Part shown: piece by piece, positions 27,012-35,915 of the stretch
Layout of the letters: each line of letters begins with the position of its first letter
How positions within the stretch are numbered: position 1 is the first letter of the stretch
From: Clostridia bacterium
GTDB taxonomy: Bacteria > Bacillota > Clostridia > Christensenellales > UBA1242
Length of the DNA stretch: 64,000 bases
Direction of reading: 5' to 3'
Assembly: GCA_045637805.1 (NCBI GenBank)
Contig: JAZUAE010000014.1
Coordinates: 64,651-128,650 of the forward strand
Translations under genes and position numbers: made by a program
Notes under the pieces: generated by a model
Told to the model about the DNA's origin: nothing
What the model saw: only the letters and a program-made list of their open reading frames with translations
Database searches by the model: none

Positions 27012-27770
27012 ATGTTATTTGATTCACATGCACATTTATTAAGCCTAGAAAACATGGAAAGTGTAATTGAAAATATGAAAAAGGACAACCTTGCTTTTAT
27101 AATCAATGCGGGAACAACTATAAAAAATAGTGAAGAGGGTGCAAGGTTGGCCAGTAAGTATGATGGTGTTTATGCCACAATTGCTCTTTACCCAGAATAT
27201 GCAGAAAACTGGGACAAAGACTGTGAAAAAGCTTTAAAAACATTAGCAAAAAATCCAAAAGTAGTTGGTGTAGGTGAAATAGGTTTAGATTATCACGGTG
27301 AAAATATTAATAGGGAAAAGCAAATAGAGGTTTTTGAAAAACAAATAAAAATCGCTTATGAAAACGATTTGCCTATTTGTGTGCACTGTAGGAAAGCTGT
27401 GGAAGATATGTATGAAATTCTTTGTAGAAATAAATATATTTTTGAAAAAGGTGTTTTAATGCATTGCTTTTCAGAAAATATGGAGTATACAAAGAAACTG
27501 GCGGAGCTTGGTTGTTATTTTTCTTTTTCTGGTAATATTACATACAAAAAAGTGGATACAGAGAGAGTTAAAGTAGTGGGTGTAGATAAAATTTTAGTTG
27601 AAACTGATTGTCCATATCTTTCTCCTGTTCCGTTACGCGGAACTCTTAACGAGCCAGCAAATGTAAAATACACGGCTCAAAAGATTGCAGATATCTTGGA
27701 AATTAGTTTAGATGAATTTAGTGATATTGCTTTAAAAAATGCTAAAAGATTTTTTAAGAAAATAAAATAA
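27012..27770 (+). CDS. tatD: TatD-family metal-dependent DNase/hydrolase
   Basis: MLFDSHAHL start motif, GEIGLDYH, HCR and ETDCPYL blocks. ATG 27012 follows GAGGGT. Confidence 0.85.
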   Translation: MLFDSHAHLLSLENMESVIENMKKDNLAFIINAGTTIKNSEEGARLASKYDGVYATIALYPEYAENWDKDCEKALKTLAKNPKVVGVGEIGLDYHGENINREKQIEVFEKQIKIAYENDLPICVHCRKAVEDMYEILCRNKYIFEKGVLMHCFSENMEYTKKLAELGCYFSFSGNITYKKVDTERVKVVGVDKILVETDCPYLSPVPLRGTLNEPANVKYTAQKIADILEISLDEFSDIALKNAKRFFKKIK

Positions 27771-27873
27771 AATGTGGAAATTTAATTTCCACATTACGCT
27801 TTTCCATCATTCGTAAAAGAAGCGTTATTAGTATTGTGCGCTATATTAAAAAAATTATACATAAGGGTGAAAA

Positions 27874-28680
27874 ATGAAAATAAATTTTAAGAAGAAATAT
27901 GGTCAAAATTTTTTAAGAGATGATAGTTTACTTGCATCTATCGTTGATGATTCGGGAATTACAAGCGAAGACGTTGTTCTTGAAATAGGAGCTGGTGCAG
28001 GTGCTTTAACAAAACACTTAAACGCAAGAGCAAAAAGAGTGGTTTCTTATGAGATAGACAAAGAATTGTCTGATATTTTGCTAAGCTTGAATTTAGAGAA
28101 AACTCAGTTTGTGTTTGGTGATATTATGAATTTTAGCATGCAAGAAATTATAGAAAAATGTACAAAAAAATACAAGATAGTTGCAAATTTACCATATTAT
28201 ATCACAACACCTATACTTTCTAAATTTTTATTAGCAGAGGATAAACCGCAATCTATTACAGTTATGGTTCAAAAAGAGGTTGGGGATAGAATAACGGCTA
28301 AAAATGGAACAAGCGATTTTGGATACTTTAGTGTTTTTTGTCAATCTATTGCAAAAGTTGAAGAAATGAGGTTTGTCCCAAAAGAGATGTTTACTCCTAT
28401 GCCAAAAGTTGATTCATGTATTATTAAGTTTTCAGATATTAAAACTAAAAATTTAGATGAAAAATATATAGAGTTTATAAAATCCTTGTTTGTGTTTAAA
28501 CGCAAAACATTATATAACAATTTATGTAATGCTAATTGTTTAAAAAAATTAAGTAAGGAAAAAATTGTAGATGTAATAAATTGTATGGGTTTAAAGCAGA
28601 GTGTTAGAAGCGAAGAACTTTCAGTGCAAGAAATATCTGAATTGTATAATAAACTTTTAATAGAAAACATTGACAATTAG
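27874..28680 (+). CDS. rsmA: 16S rRNA (adenine1518/1519-N6)-dimethyltransferase
   Basis: KKKYGQNFL, EIGAGAGALT and ANLPYYITTPI motifs. Confidence 0.9.
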   Translation: MKINFKKKYGQNFLRDDSLLASIVDDSGITSEDVVLEIGAGAGALTKHLNARAKRVVSYEIDKELSDILLSLNLEKTQFVFGDIMNFSMQEIIEKCTKKYKIVANLPYYITTPILSKFLLAEDKPQSITVMVQKEVGDRITAKNGTSDFGYFSVFCQSIAKVEEMRFVPKEMFTPMPKVDSCIIKFSDIKTKNLDEKYIEFIKSLFVFKRKTLYNNLCNANCLKKLSKEKIVDVINCMGLKQSVRSEELSVQEISELYNKLLIENIDN

Positions 28681-28739
28681 AAAATATATATTGTATATTA
28701 TATATATTCTAAATATATATAAAAGTTAGGCAGGAAATT

Positions 28740-30056
28740 ATGAAAAAATTTTGTAAGATTTTAGTTTGTTTTATGTTGGTTGTTTGTACAGTGTTTACCT
28801 TTGCTGCTTGTAATAGTGTTAATTGGACAAAAACAACAAATGACACATCAAAAGTGACAAATAATGGTGGCATTTTAACTGTTAGAGGTGGTTATATGTA
28901 CTTTATTAACGGCACTAAAGAAAATAATGGAAAAGGCAATAAAGGAAATATAATACAATCTGCAATTTATAAAGTTGCAATAGATGATAAAGGTGATATT
29001 GCAGATGACGCAAAGTATGAGAAAGTTGTTAATGCATTAGTTGGATTTGATAACGGTTCAGTGTTTGCTTTTGGTGATTACATATATTATACAACTCCTT
29101 GTAATGACCTTAACAAAAGCGGTGAAGTTCTTTATAATAAAACAGAATTTAGAAGATATGATTTAATTAATAAAAGTTCTCAATTAATTTATACTACAAA
29201 CACTTCTGAAGAGGATTTTGAATTCTCTTACTATAAGCAAGGTGATGGTTTATATCTCCTTATTTATGAAGCTGGTGGAAGTAAAACATTAAAATCTATT
29301 AAAATAGACACAAAAATGAAAACCATTTTTACAAAGGAAAAAGTACAATCAGTTTTATTTGCAGAAAATGGTGGAAGTGAAAGCGGTGCAAATAGTTATG
29401 CATATTACACTCTTTCAGCAGATATAAATAGCGCTTATCCTTCAGGTGTTAGGGTTTATAAAGTATTGCCAAATGGTGCTGATAAACAAATGATAAGTGA
29501 AGGAAAAACAGTTTCATTATTAGCTGTTAGAGGTAATAAATTAATTTATTCTTTTGATTCATCATGCTATTATGCTGATATCACGAAAGGCAAAAACACA
29601 TTAGAGTTTAATACTTCTAACATTGTATGTTACAATACTTATGATGTTATCGTATTTAATGAAGATTTATCTGTTTTGGTAATGGACGGTACAACTCTTA
29701 GAAAGATTAAATATGTAAATGGAATTAAAGACGAAACAGCAAGTAAACAAATATACTTATTTAATGATAAAACTAAGGTTGAGTTCGTTGGAATAAGTGG
29801 AAAATATTTGGTTTATACAATATCTCAAGTAGTGTACAAGATAGATATTGTAAGCGAATCAGCTGTACCAGCAAAAGTATCGACAACGTCGTTGGACAAA
29901 AATAAAGACGGCTCAATACTATTACCTGAAATTGTAGGGGACTATTTATATGCTTTCTGCACAGATAAAGATTCAAAAGTTTCATATATGTACAAATTTG
30001 ATTTAACTGAACAAGCAAAAGAGGCTGAAGCTAAAAGAATAGGCGTAATTGAATAA
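28740..30056 (+). CDS. Lipoprotein, beta-propeller-like (DUF5050-like by inference)
   Basis: Lipobox FTFAAC after a signal peptide. Repeated blocks of the type YIYYT / LIYS / LVYT suggest a beta-propeller. Function unknown. Confidence 0.5.
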   Translation: MKKFCKILVCFMLVVCTVFTFAACNSVNWTKTTNDTSKVTNNGGILTVRGGYMYFINGTKENNGKGNKGNIIQSAIYKVAIDDKGDIADDAKYEKVVNALVGFDNGSVFAFGDYIYYTTPCNDLNKSGEVLYNKTEFRRYDLINKSSQLIYTTNTSEEDFEFSYYKQGDGLYLLIYEAGGSKTLKSIKIDTKMKTIFTKEKVQSVLFAENGGSESGANSYAYYTLSADINSAYPSGVRVYKVLPNGADKQMISEGKTVSLLAVRGNKLIYSFDSSCYYADITKGKNTLEFNTSNIVCYNTYDVIVFNEDLSVLVMDGTTLRKIKYVNGIKDETASKQIYLFNDKTKVEFVGISGKYLVYTISQVVYKIDIVSESAVPAKVSTTSLDKNKDGSILLPEIVGDYLYAFCTDKDSKVSYMYKFDLTEQAKEAEAKRIGVIE

Positions 30057-30057
30057 T

Positions 30058-30093
30058 AAAAAAACACTTTGCTAAAAAGCGAAGTGTTTTTTT
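30058..30093. terminator. Bidirectional terminator between convergent genes
   Basis: AAAAACACTTTGC ... GCGAAGTGTTTTTTT hairpin (one G-U pair) flanked by A- and T-runs. Confidence 0.55.
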
Positions 30094-30619
30094 AATCCAT
30101 TAAAGTTTCATAAAGTGAAGCGTATACTTGACCTGCACAATTTTCCCATTTTTTATATATAGAACGTGCTTGGGCTCTGTTGGCAACATTGAGTTTTAGT
30201 TCAAGTTTGGTGCCTAAAGGTTCAATAATTTTCATTAGAACAGTGTATGTGCCGTCTTCATTTTTAAAATAGTCTGCAAAATATTCTTGTTTACGCCTAA
30301 ATGTGATTCGGTTTTCTTTTACATAGTTTGTTATCTCATCTCTAAGGCTTGCCGGTATCTTTATAAAGAAATATGAAAGGCAAGATCGTCCATCGTTTGT
30401 AATGGTATAATAAGAGTCAGCTGTTGCAGATTTTGAAGGTACAATAAATCCAGTTTCTATTAAGTCTACTAAAATTTCTTTACAAGTAATATAATTTACC
30501 CAGTTGTTTTTAAAACAGCACATATCAAGAACAGTAGCCTCGGTAAGAGGCATCTCCATCTTATCAAATACATAAAGTAAAATTAATTTACTAATTGTAG
30601 TGTTGTTTGTTATATCCAT
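30092..30619 (-). CDS. DUF4364-like putative winged-helix regulator
   Basis: From ATG 30619: MDITNNTTISKLILLYVFDKMEMPLTEATVLDM..., resembling the PadR-like DUF4364 proteins of Clostridia. Assignment is from memory of the family and unverified. Confidence 0.5.
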   Translation of the reverse strand: MDITNNTTISKLILLYVFDKMEMPLTEATVLDMCCFKNNWVNYITCKEILVDLIETGFIVPSKSATADSYYTITNDGRSCLSYFFIKIPASLRDEITNYVKENRITFRRKQEYFADYFKNEDGTYTVLMKIIEPLGTKLELKLNVANRAQARSIYKKWENCAGQVYASLYETLMD

Positions 30620-30753
30620 AATTTCTCTCAAGAGCATTATAGCATGTTAAAAATAAAAAAGAAATAGTTTAAGAGTATTTTATCGAAATTTAGATAATAA
30701 AAATATTTTACAACAATAATTTACTTGTGTTATACTTAAATAGAGGAAAAATT

Positions 30754-31482
30754 ATGGAAAAAATCGAAGATTTGAAAGAAATAAAACTTTTTATTGATGC
30801 GTGTGATGAAATGCTTGAATCTAAGTTTATTTTGGTTGATAAACGCATCGGTGATGTTTTAAAGTCAATAGCAAAAACAAAACAGGTTTACAATTTAATG
30901 GCGGCTTGTTTAGTTGGTTTTAATTTTGAGCGCGAATGGAAGCTTGCAACTAGTAAAGGCAAAGATTTAGCTCTTCCTATAGATGAAAGAAAGAATATTG
31001 CTTTTGTTTTTTGTATGCTTAATGGTATTGATGATAACAAAATTAACATTAATGAGGTTTTACAAAAATACTTTTCTGGCGATGATTGTATAAGCTCATA
31101 TAAATTGTTTTGCCAAAAAGTTGTATTGCCATTTAAGGTTCATGTTGTGTCTCAGTTGTATGACAAACAAGAAAAGAAAGTGACCATAAAGCAGTGCGTG
31201 GAAAATTTAGGTGAAATTGATGCTGAGATTTTAAAACGCTTAATCTTTCTTGTAAAAGATGTAAAATCGTATGTTGGTGGCGTAAAAAGGGTTAAAAACA
31301 GCTTGCTTACCAAAGATGAAATAATGTTTATCTTAAACCATTTTATAGAATTGTGTGAAAATAAAAATATTATAAGTTTATCTGCTCTACTTATAGGAGT
31401 GCGTGCAGGAATGGGAAAAGATAAGGAATTAAAAAGACGTCTAGTTGAGATTGAACAAATTGTTAAGGAATTGAAACAATGA
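30754..31482 (+). CDS. Hypothetical protein (242 aa)
   Basis: ORF with SD AGAGGA 7 nt upstream of ATG 30754. No family recognised. Confidence 0.5.
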   Translation: MEKIEDLKEIKLFIDACDEMLESKFILVDKRIGDVLKSIAKTKQVYNLMAACLVGFNFEREWKLATSKGKDLALPIDERKNIAFVFCMLNGIDDNKININEVLQKYFSGDDCISSYKLFCQKVVLPFKVHVVSQLYDKQEKKVTIKQCVENLGEIDAEILKRLIFLVKDVKSYVGGVKRVKNSLLTKDEIMFILNHFIELCENKNIISLSALLIGVRAGMGKDKELKRRLVEIEQIVKELKQ

Positions 31483-31736
31483 AAGAATTAGAAAATAGGT
31501 TGAATTTGTTAAAACAAGAAATGGAAGAAATGAAAACTGCATGGGCTAAAGAAGTAAAGGCTGCTACTGAGGAAGAAGGGGACAAAGTATATAGTAAAAA
31601 GTTAGACAAGGCCTTTGATAGGATAGCAGAAAGATACGCAGAACAAATGAATGATAACCTTTTTGCACAAAGAAAACTAGAGTATGAAATCGCAATGAAA
31701 AAAGAAGAGGAAAGAAAAAAACTATATAAAGATTAA
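31479..31736 (+). CDS. Hypothetical coiled-coil protein (85 aa)
   Basis: ATGA overlap with the upstream gene. Heptad-like K/E-rich sequence. Confidence 0.45.
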   Translation: MKELENRLNLLKQEMEEMKTAWAKEVKAATEEEGDKVYSKKLDKAFDRIAERYAEQMNDNLFAQRKLEYEIAMKKEEERKKLYKD

Positions 31737-31744
31737 AAAAACTA

Positions 31745-31774
31745 TTGCAATGTCAGATGATTTTATGTTATACT
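31745..31774 (+). promoter_or_regulatory. Promoter for tRNA-Glu
   Basis: TTGCAA, 18 nt, then TGtTATACT (extended -10), ending 12 nt before the mature tRNA 5' end. Confidence 0.5.
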
Positions 31775-31786
31775 GACTTGCGTTAA

Positions 31787-31861
31787 GCCACTATAGTCTA
31801 GCGGTCAGGACACCAGCCTCTCACGCTGGGGACCGGAGTTCGATTCTCCGTAGTGGTACCA
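31787..31861 (+). tRNA. tRNA-Glu (anticodon CUC), CCA encoded
   Basis: Hand-folded cloverleaf: acceptor GCCACTA/TAGTGGT (G1-U72), D-arm GTCT-AGCGGTCA-GGAC, anticodon stem CCAGC/GCTGG with loop CTCTCAC, T-arm CGGAG-TTCGATT-CTCCG, then ACCA. The D-arm GTCTAG.GG..AGGACAC is typical of tRNA-Glu. Confidence 0.85.
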
Positions 31862-31909
31862 TAAAAAGAAAAAGAGTGTTTATCACTCTTTTTTCTTTTT
31901 ATTCTACTA
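31843..31909 (+). repeat. Direct repeat copy A: last 19 nt of tRNA-Glu plus its terminator (67 nt)
   Basis: ATTCTCCGTAGTGGTACCATAAAAAGAAAAAGAGTGTTTATCACTCTTTTTTCTTTTTATTCTACTA is identical base for base to 33004-33070. Confidence 0.9.
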
Positions 31910-32054
31910 CCAAAGAATGAGCTTTACACCAAAGGTGTATAGAGTTCGCTCAGCCGAGCAATCGAAGAATGCGAAAGCCACGAGCAAAATAAAGTTAGTG
32001 CGAGTCTATATGTGTACTAAAAATAGAGGAGTAGAGCAAAATGTAGCTGCGAGT

Positions 32055-32077
32055 ATTCTCCGTAGTGGTACCATAAA
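32055..32077 (+). repeat. Direct repeat copy B: 23-nt copy of the tRNA-Glu 3' end
   Basis: ATTCTCCGTAGTGGTACCATAAA is identical to 31843-31865. It shares an extra 7 nt on its left (TGCGAGT) with copy C but not with the tRNA. Confidence 0.85.
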
Positions 32078-32078
32078 T

Positions 32079-32107
32079 AAAAAAGACACCCGTGTGGTGT
32101 TTTTTAT
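32079..32107. terminator. Short bidirectional hairpin terminator after repeat copy B / XRE gene
   Basis: ACACC CGTGT GGTGT stem-loop flanked by an A-run and a T-run. The stem is short, so confidence is modest. Confidence 0.4.
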
Positions 32108-32310
32108 TTATTTTTATCAAATTCTTCTCCAGTGATCAGATAATTAATTGAAACATTAAAATATTTTGACATTGTAACAAGTAATGCCAAACTGGGTTCA
32201 CGTTTGCCGTTTTCGTAGTATGAAAGTGCTTCACGAGATATGTTTAAATCCAAAGCAACTTTTTGTTGATTTAAGTGTTTTAATTGTCTAATTGCTTTTA
32301 ATCCTTTCAT
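32104..32310 (-). CDS. XRE-family helix-turn-helix transcriptional regulator (68 aa)
   Basis: From ATG 32310: MKGLKAIRQLKHLNQQKVALDLNISREALSYYENGKREPSLALLVTMSKYFNVSINYLI, the classic Cro/C1-type HTH pattern. SD AGAGG upstream. Confidence 0.75.
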   Translation of the reverse strand: MKGLKAIRQLKHLNQQKVALDLNISREALSYYENGKREPSLALLVTMSKYFNVSINYLITGEEFDKNK

Positions 32311-32319
32311 AAAAACCTC

Positions 32320-32370
32320 TTGACAATAGTGTAACAATTTGTTACTATAAAAATGTAACAATATGTTACA
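32320..32370 (+). promoter_or_regulatory. Promoter with two palindromic operators between the XRE gene and the membrane protein gene
   Basis: TTGACA (32320-25), 17 nt, then TACTAT. Operator 1 GTAACAAtTTGTTAC (32331-45) covers the spacer and -10. Operator 2 TGTAACAataTGTTACA (32354-70) lies between the -10 and the GGAGG SD. Confidence 0.5.
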
Positions 32371-32381
32371 TTGGAGGAGTT

Positions 32382-32990
32382 ATGAAACTTATTTTGAGGT
32401 ATCCATTATTTTTATCTTCAATATTGTTATATGTTCTTGGAATAATATCACTTTCAAATGTTACTAAATTTATACAAGCTTGTACAAATATAAGTTCGAT
32501 ATTTAGAATTGATATTATAATTTATATTTTCATATCATTATCATTACTTACAATTTTATTGATAGCTATTTTGTCTTTAATGAAGGGGACTGAAAAGGTT
32601 ATGGATTATTTGAACGCTATAAGCGTTTCAATATTTCTTGTATTTATACTTTTATATATAATAATATGGTGTGAGCTTTATAGCGCTAGTAACGTTACAA
32701 TTGTTGATACAAATGAAGTGTTAGTATTAACAAATACATTACCTATATTATTGCACTGTATAATTGCACAAGGTGTTGTAATTATGGTTTCTTTAACAAA
32801 TTGTGGCAATATTGAGAATCAAAGAAACGGGAATGTTGGTGATATGAAGATAGAAGAGCAAGAAGAATCAAAAATATTAATTAATGAAATTAATAACTTG
32901 AAAGCAAAATTAAAAATGAGAGAATTAGAGGAAGAATATATTTTATTACGATCAAAGTTGGACAAAAAGGATACAGAAAAAACAAAGTAA
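32382..32990 (+). CDS. Polytopic membrane protein with a C-terminal coiled coil (202 aa), hypothetical
   Basis: Four or five hydrophobic helices followed by EEQEESKILINEINNLKAKLKMRELEEEYILLRSKL. GGAGG SD upstream. No family recognised. Confidence 0.55.
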   Translation: MKLILRYPLFLSSILLYVLGIISLSNVTKFIQACTNISSIFRIDIIIYIFISLSLLTILLIAILSLMKGTEKVMDYLNAISVSIFLVFILLYIIIWCELYSASNVTIVDTNEVLVLTNTLPILLHCIIAQGVVIMVSLTNCGNIENQRNGNVGDMKIEEQEESKILINEINNLKAKLKMRELEEEYILLRSKLDKKDTEKTK

Positions 32991-33003
32991 TATTAATGCG
33001 AGT

Positions 33004-33070
33004 ATTCTCCGTAGTGGTACCATAAAAAGAAAAAGAGTGTTTATCACTCTTTTTTCTTTTTATTCTACTA
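33004..33070 (+). repeat. Direct repeat copy C: 67-nt copy of the tRNA-Glu 3' end plus terminator
   Basis: Identical to 31843-31909. Identity stops at 33071 (T versus C at 31910). Confidence 0.9.
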
Positions 33071-33101
33071 TAAAATAGTTTATGCGTAAGAATTTAAATT
33101 A

Positions 33102-34226
33102 TTATTGTTGAAATTCTGAAAGGGGTGTATTTGGATCAATTTGTTCACAATTGCAAAACTTTAATCGATATTTTTCAAGAATCTGATCCGGATCAAAAGA
33201 TTTTAAATTTTTATAATTTTTGTAAACTAATATGCCCTTTTTGCGAGCAATATTTAATTCGTATAGATAGTCAATAAATGCTTGCACTTTATCTGTTGTT
33301 ATTCTTTCGAAAACATCGTTGTTATGGATATTGTTGTGTGAATCATCATGATGAAAATCGCTTCCGCCTGAAAAAAGTGAAATGTGATTTTCTTTACTTA
33401 CTTTTCTTAAGTAGGTATCGCATGATCTTGTGCTTTGAGGATAATACATTTCAAAACCATCAATTTCGTTTTTAATTAGATAGTCAATTACCTCATGGGA
33501 ATGTTTTGTTCTTTGCAAGTTTATTTGTGGGTGGGCAAGTAATACGATGCCACCAGAAGCGTGAACAAGGTCAATTACATCTTTGGCCTCTAGATTAATT
33601 CTATCAGTAGGTGTAAATGTATCAATAATGGTTTTTAGCTGTTCATCATTATCTGTTAAATTTAAATTAAGAAACTTAGAAAATTCTATTGTTTCAGCTT
33701 TGCCAAAAGCATTAAATTCTTTGTTTTGATTTTGGCAATAAATTATGTATTCACGAATATCCTGATCTGTTAAATCAAATTTGAAATAGTTTTGTAATTG
33801 TGTTACAAAACCCAAGTCAACGTGTTTATCATTAATGCTTTTCATGGTTAAAAGCAATGAAATAGGTGATAAATCATTACGGTCTATACCGTAAGCTACT
33901 AAATGAATTTTTACGGGTTTACCTTTGAGATTTTTTAGGTGGTTTATTCTTGCAGTTATTTCAACGCCAGGTACTATAATGGTTTTTCCTTTAACGTTAT
34001 CAAAAACATCTTGTCTTTGATAATCTAACTTATCTAAATACTGATTAATTCCAGTTATTGTATTGTGGTCAGTAATTCCAAGAAAAGTTGTGTTGTCTTT
34101 TTGTGCAAATTTAATTAATGACTTTATAGATTTTGTTCCATCTATAGAAAAATTAGAGTGAGTGTGAAAATCTGCAAAAGATTTATAACCTGTTTGTATG
34201 TCATTTGTGGCGTTATATTGTTTCAT
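33102..34226 (-). CDS. PHP-domain phosphoesterase (374 aa)
   Basis: FADFHTHSNFSIDG...ITDHNT...AHP...GGSDFHH is the PHP metal-ligand pattern. The C-terminal 100 aa are unassigned. Confidence 0.7.
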   Translation of the reverse strand: MKQYNATNDIQTGYKSFADFHTHSNFSIDGTKSIKSLIKFAQKDNTTFLGITDHNTITGINQYLDKLDYQRQDVFDNVKGKTIIVPGVEITARINHLKNLKGKPVKIHLVAYGIDRNDLSPISLLLTMKSINDKHVDLGFVTQLQNYFKFDLTDQDIREYIIYCQNQNKEFNAFGKAETIEFSKFLNLNLTDNDEQLKTIIDTFTPTDRINLEAKDVIDLVHASGGIVLLAHPQINLQRTKHSHEVIDYLIKNEIDGFEMYYPQSTRSCDTYLRKVSKENHISLFSGGSDFHHDDSHNNIHNNDVFERITTDKVQAFIDYLYELNIARKKGILVYKNYKNLKSFDPDQILEKYRLKFCNCEQIDPNTPLSEFQQ

Positions 34227-34307
34227 AAACTAATTATAACATGCATTGCATGTAATTGGAAGATGGTAATGATAAAAATATTAAATTTATTCTTATCAAA
34301 ATAATAA

Positions 34308-34336
34308 TTGTAAATTAGGTAGGGCTGTGATATAAT
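34308..34336 (+). promoter_or_regulatory. Near-consensus sigma-A promoter upstream of comEC
   Basis: TTGTAA, 17 nt, then TGaTATAAT (extended -10); 17 nt upstream of the ATG at 34354. Confidence 0.55.
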
Positions 34337-34353
34337 CTAATAGAGAAAAGCAA

Positions 34354-35907
34354 ATGAAAAAAATATGTAATTATAGACCTATTGTTTTGTTTTGTGTTGC
34401 GCTTATCTTGGGGATAAGTCTTTCCTTACATGCAAAAACATCTATTGCAGCTCAAATTGTATTAATAACAACGTTTGCAGCAACATTTATTTCTTGGCTA
34501 ATTATGTTTTGTGTTAAAAAATATAGGCAGCTTGCTATTACTCATTTGAGCAAGTTTCTTGTGGTTTTGATTGCTTTAGCTGTAGGAAGCTTAAGCATGT
34601 TTATTCAGTTTACAAATGTTAAGAATTCTCAGATTGAAAAATCTACTTATGTTACTTATGCAAGGGTTTCATCAATGATGAAAGAGAACTCGTATGGTCA
34701 GACAATATTTGTGGTAGATGAAATATCAGTGATTTCTGAAGATGGAAAAAAACAACTAGACGGAAATGCAAAAGTTACAATGTATTCAAACAATTCTGGA
34801 ATCTCATTGTCTATAGGCGATTATGTTGAAATAAAAGGAACCGTAACTAGTGTAAGTGAAGATTTAAGCTGTAGTGTTGATATAAATAATGTTGGAAACA
34901 ATGTTTATTATAAAATGTATGTTAGTGAAAGTAATGTTGTTTCACTTGGAAAAAATCAAACAACAGTGATAGAAAAAATACATTTACGCACGTGGGAGCT
35001 GTTGTCTAATAATATGGAAGCAGGCAATGCAGCTGTTTCGTACTCAATGTTTTTTGGTGATACTGCATTTATTGATTTTGACACTTTGCAAGACTTTCGT
35101 GATAGTGGCATAGCTCACCTTTTAGCGGTTAGTGGTTTACATTTGGGTTTTCTTGTAATGTTACTTTCATTTATTGCAAAAAAGTGTAAATTTAATAAGT
35201 ATCTTGAATTTTCTTTTATAACAATTATAATGTTTTTGTATGCATTAATTTGTGGGTTTTCTAGTTCAGTTTTTAGAGCTTTTATAATGACACTCATCTT
35301 GCTTTATTCAAAGCTTAGATTTAAGGAATATGATTCGTTAAATTCTATCGCACTCTCCGCAATAATTATACTGCTCATAAACCCATTAAAATTATGGAAC
35401 GCGGGTTTTCAATTAAGTTATTTTGCAGTGTTGGGTATTGTTTTTCTAGCTAAGCCACTTGAGGATTTGTTTTCGAAAATTTTTACTAAAAAGATGGCAA
35501 GTTCTCTTGCTGTAATGTTTGCAGTTCAATTAACTATTACATTTCCAACAATGAAATTTTTTAATAACTTTTCTGTATTATCATTACTTACAAACATCAT
35601 AGCAATACCGCTTGCAAATATTGTATTTATTGTTTTATTCTTTTCTATTTTCTTATTGCTTATATTACCGTTCTCAGCTTTTATACTAAAAGTAGCACAA
35701 TATGCGGTTTATCCTCTTATATGGTTAAGCAACGTCGTGGCTAGTGTGCCATTTGCTGTAATAAAAACAAAGTTTAATAATATCATGCTAGTTGCGGGAT
35801 TTTCTGCAATTATTATCAATAGTGACTATATTTTTATTAAAAAAAGATATAAAATAATGATGGCGATGTTGAGTTGTCTAGTTGTTGTATGTCTATTTGT
35901 ATTTTAG
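34354..35907 (+). CDS. comEC: ComEC/Rec2-family DNA internalisation channel protein (no metallo-beta-lactamase domain)
   Basis: Polytopic protein with the competence-domain block FRDSGIAHLLAVSGLHLGF and an N-terminal OB-like DUF4131 region. At 517 aa it is the short form. Confidence 0.8.
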   Translation: MKKICNYRPIVLFCVALILGISLSLHAKTSIAAQIVLITTFAATFISWLIMFCVKKYRQLAITHLSKFLVVLIALAVGSLSMFIQFTNVKNSQIEKSTYVTYARVSSMMKENSYGQTIFVVDEISVISEDGKKQLDGNAKVTMYSNNSGISLSIGDYVEIKGTVTSVSEDLSCSVDINNVGNNVYYKMYVSESNVVSLGKNQTTVIEKIHLRTWELLSNNMEAGNAAVSYSMFFGDTAFIDFDTLQDFRDSGIAHLLAVSGLHLGFLVMLLSFIAKKCKFNKYLEFSFITIIMFLYALICGFSSSVFRAFIMTLILLYSKLRFKEYDSLNSIALSAIIILLINPLKLWNAGFQLSYFAVLGIVFLAKPLEDLFSKIFTKKMASSLAVMFAVQLTITFPTMKFFNNFSVLSLLTNIIAIPLANIVFIVLFFSIFLLLILPFSAFILKVAQYAVYPLIWLSNVVASVPFAVIKTKFNNIMLVAGFSAIIINSDYIFIKKRYKIMMAMLSCLVVVCLFVF

Positions 35908-35915
35908 GAGGGTGT

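Noticed and set aside
31917-32135. 72-aa forward ORF between the tRNA and the XRE gene
   Set aside because: It runs straight through repeat copy B and its hairpin terminator, and into the convergent XRE gene. It has no SD and an odd composition, so it is most likely non-coding remnant DNA.
34241-34255. Palindrome ACATGCattGCATGT just upstream of the PHP-domain gene as a regulator binding site
   Set aside because: It is a single short (6-3-6) palindrome with no second copy and no adjacent regulator, so it cannot be distinguished from chance.
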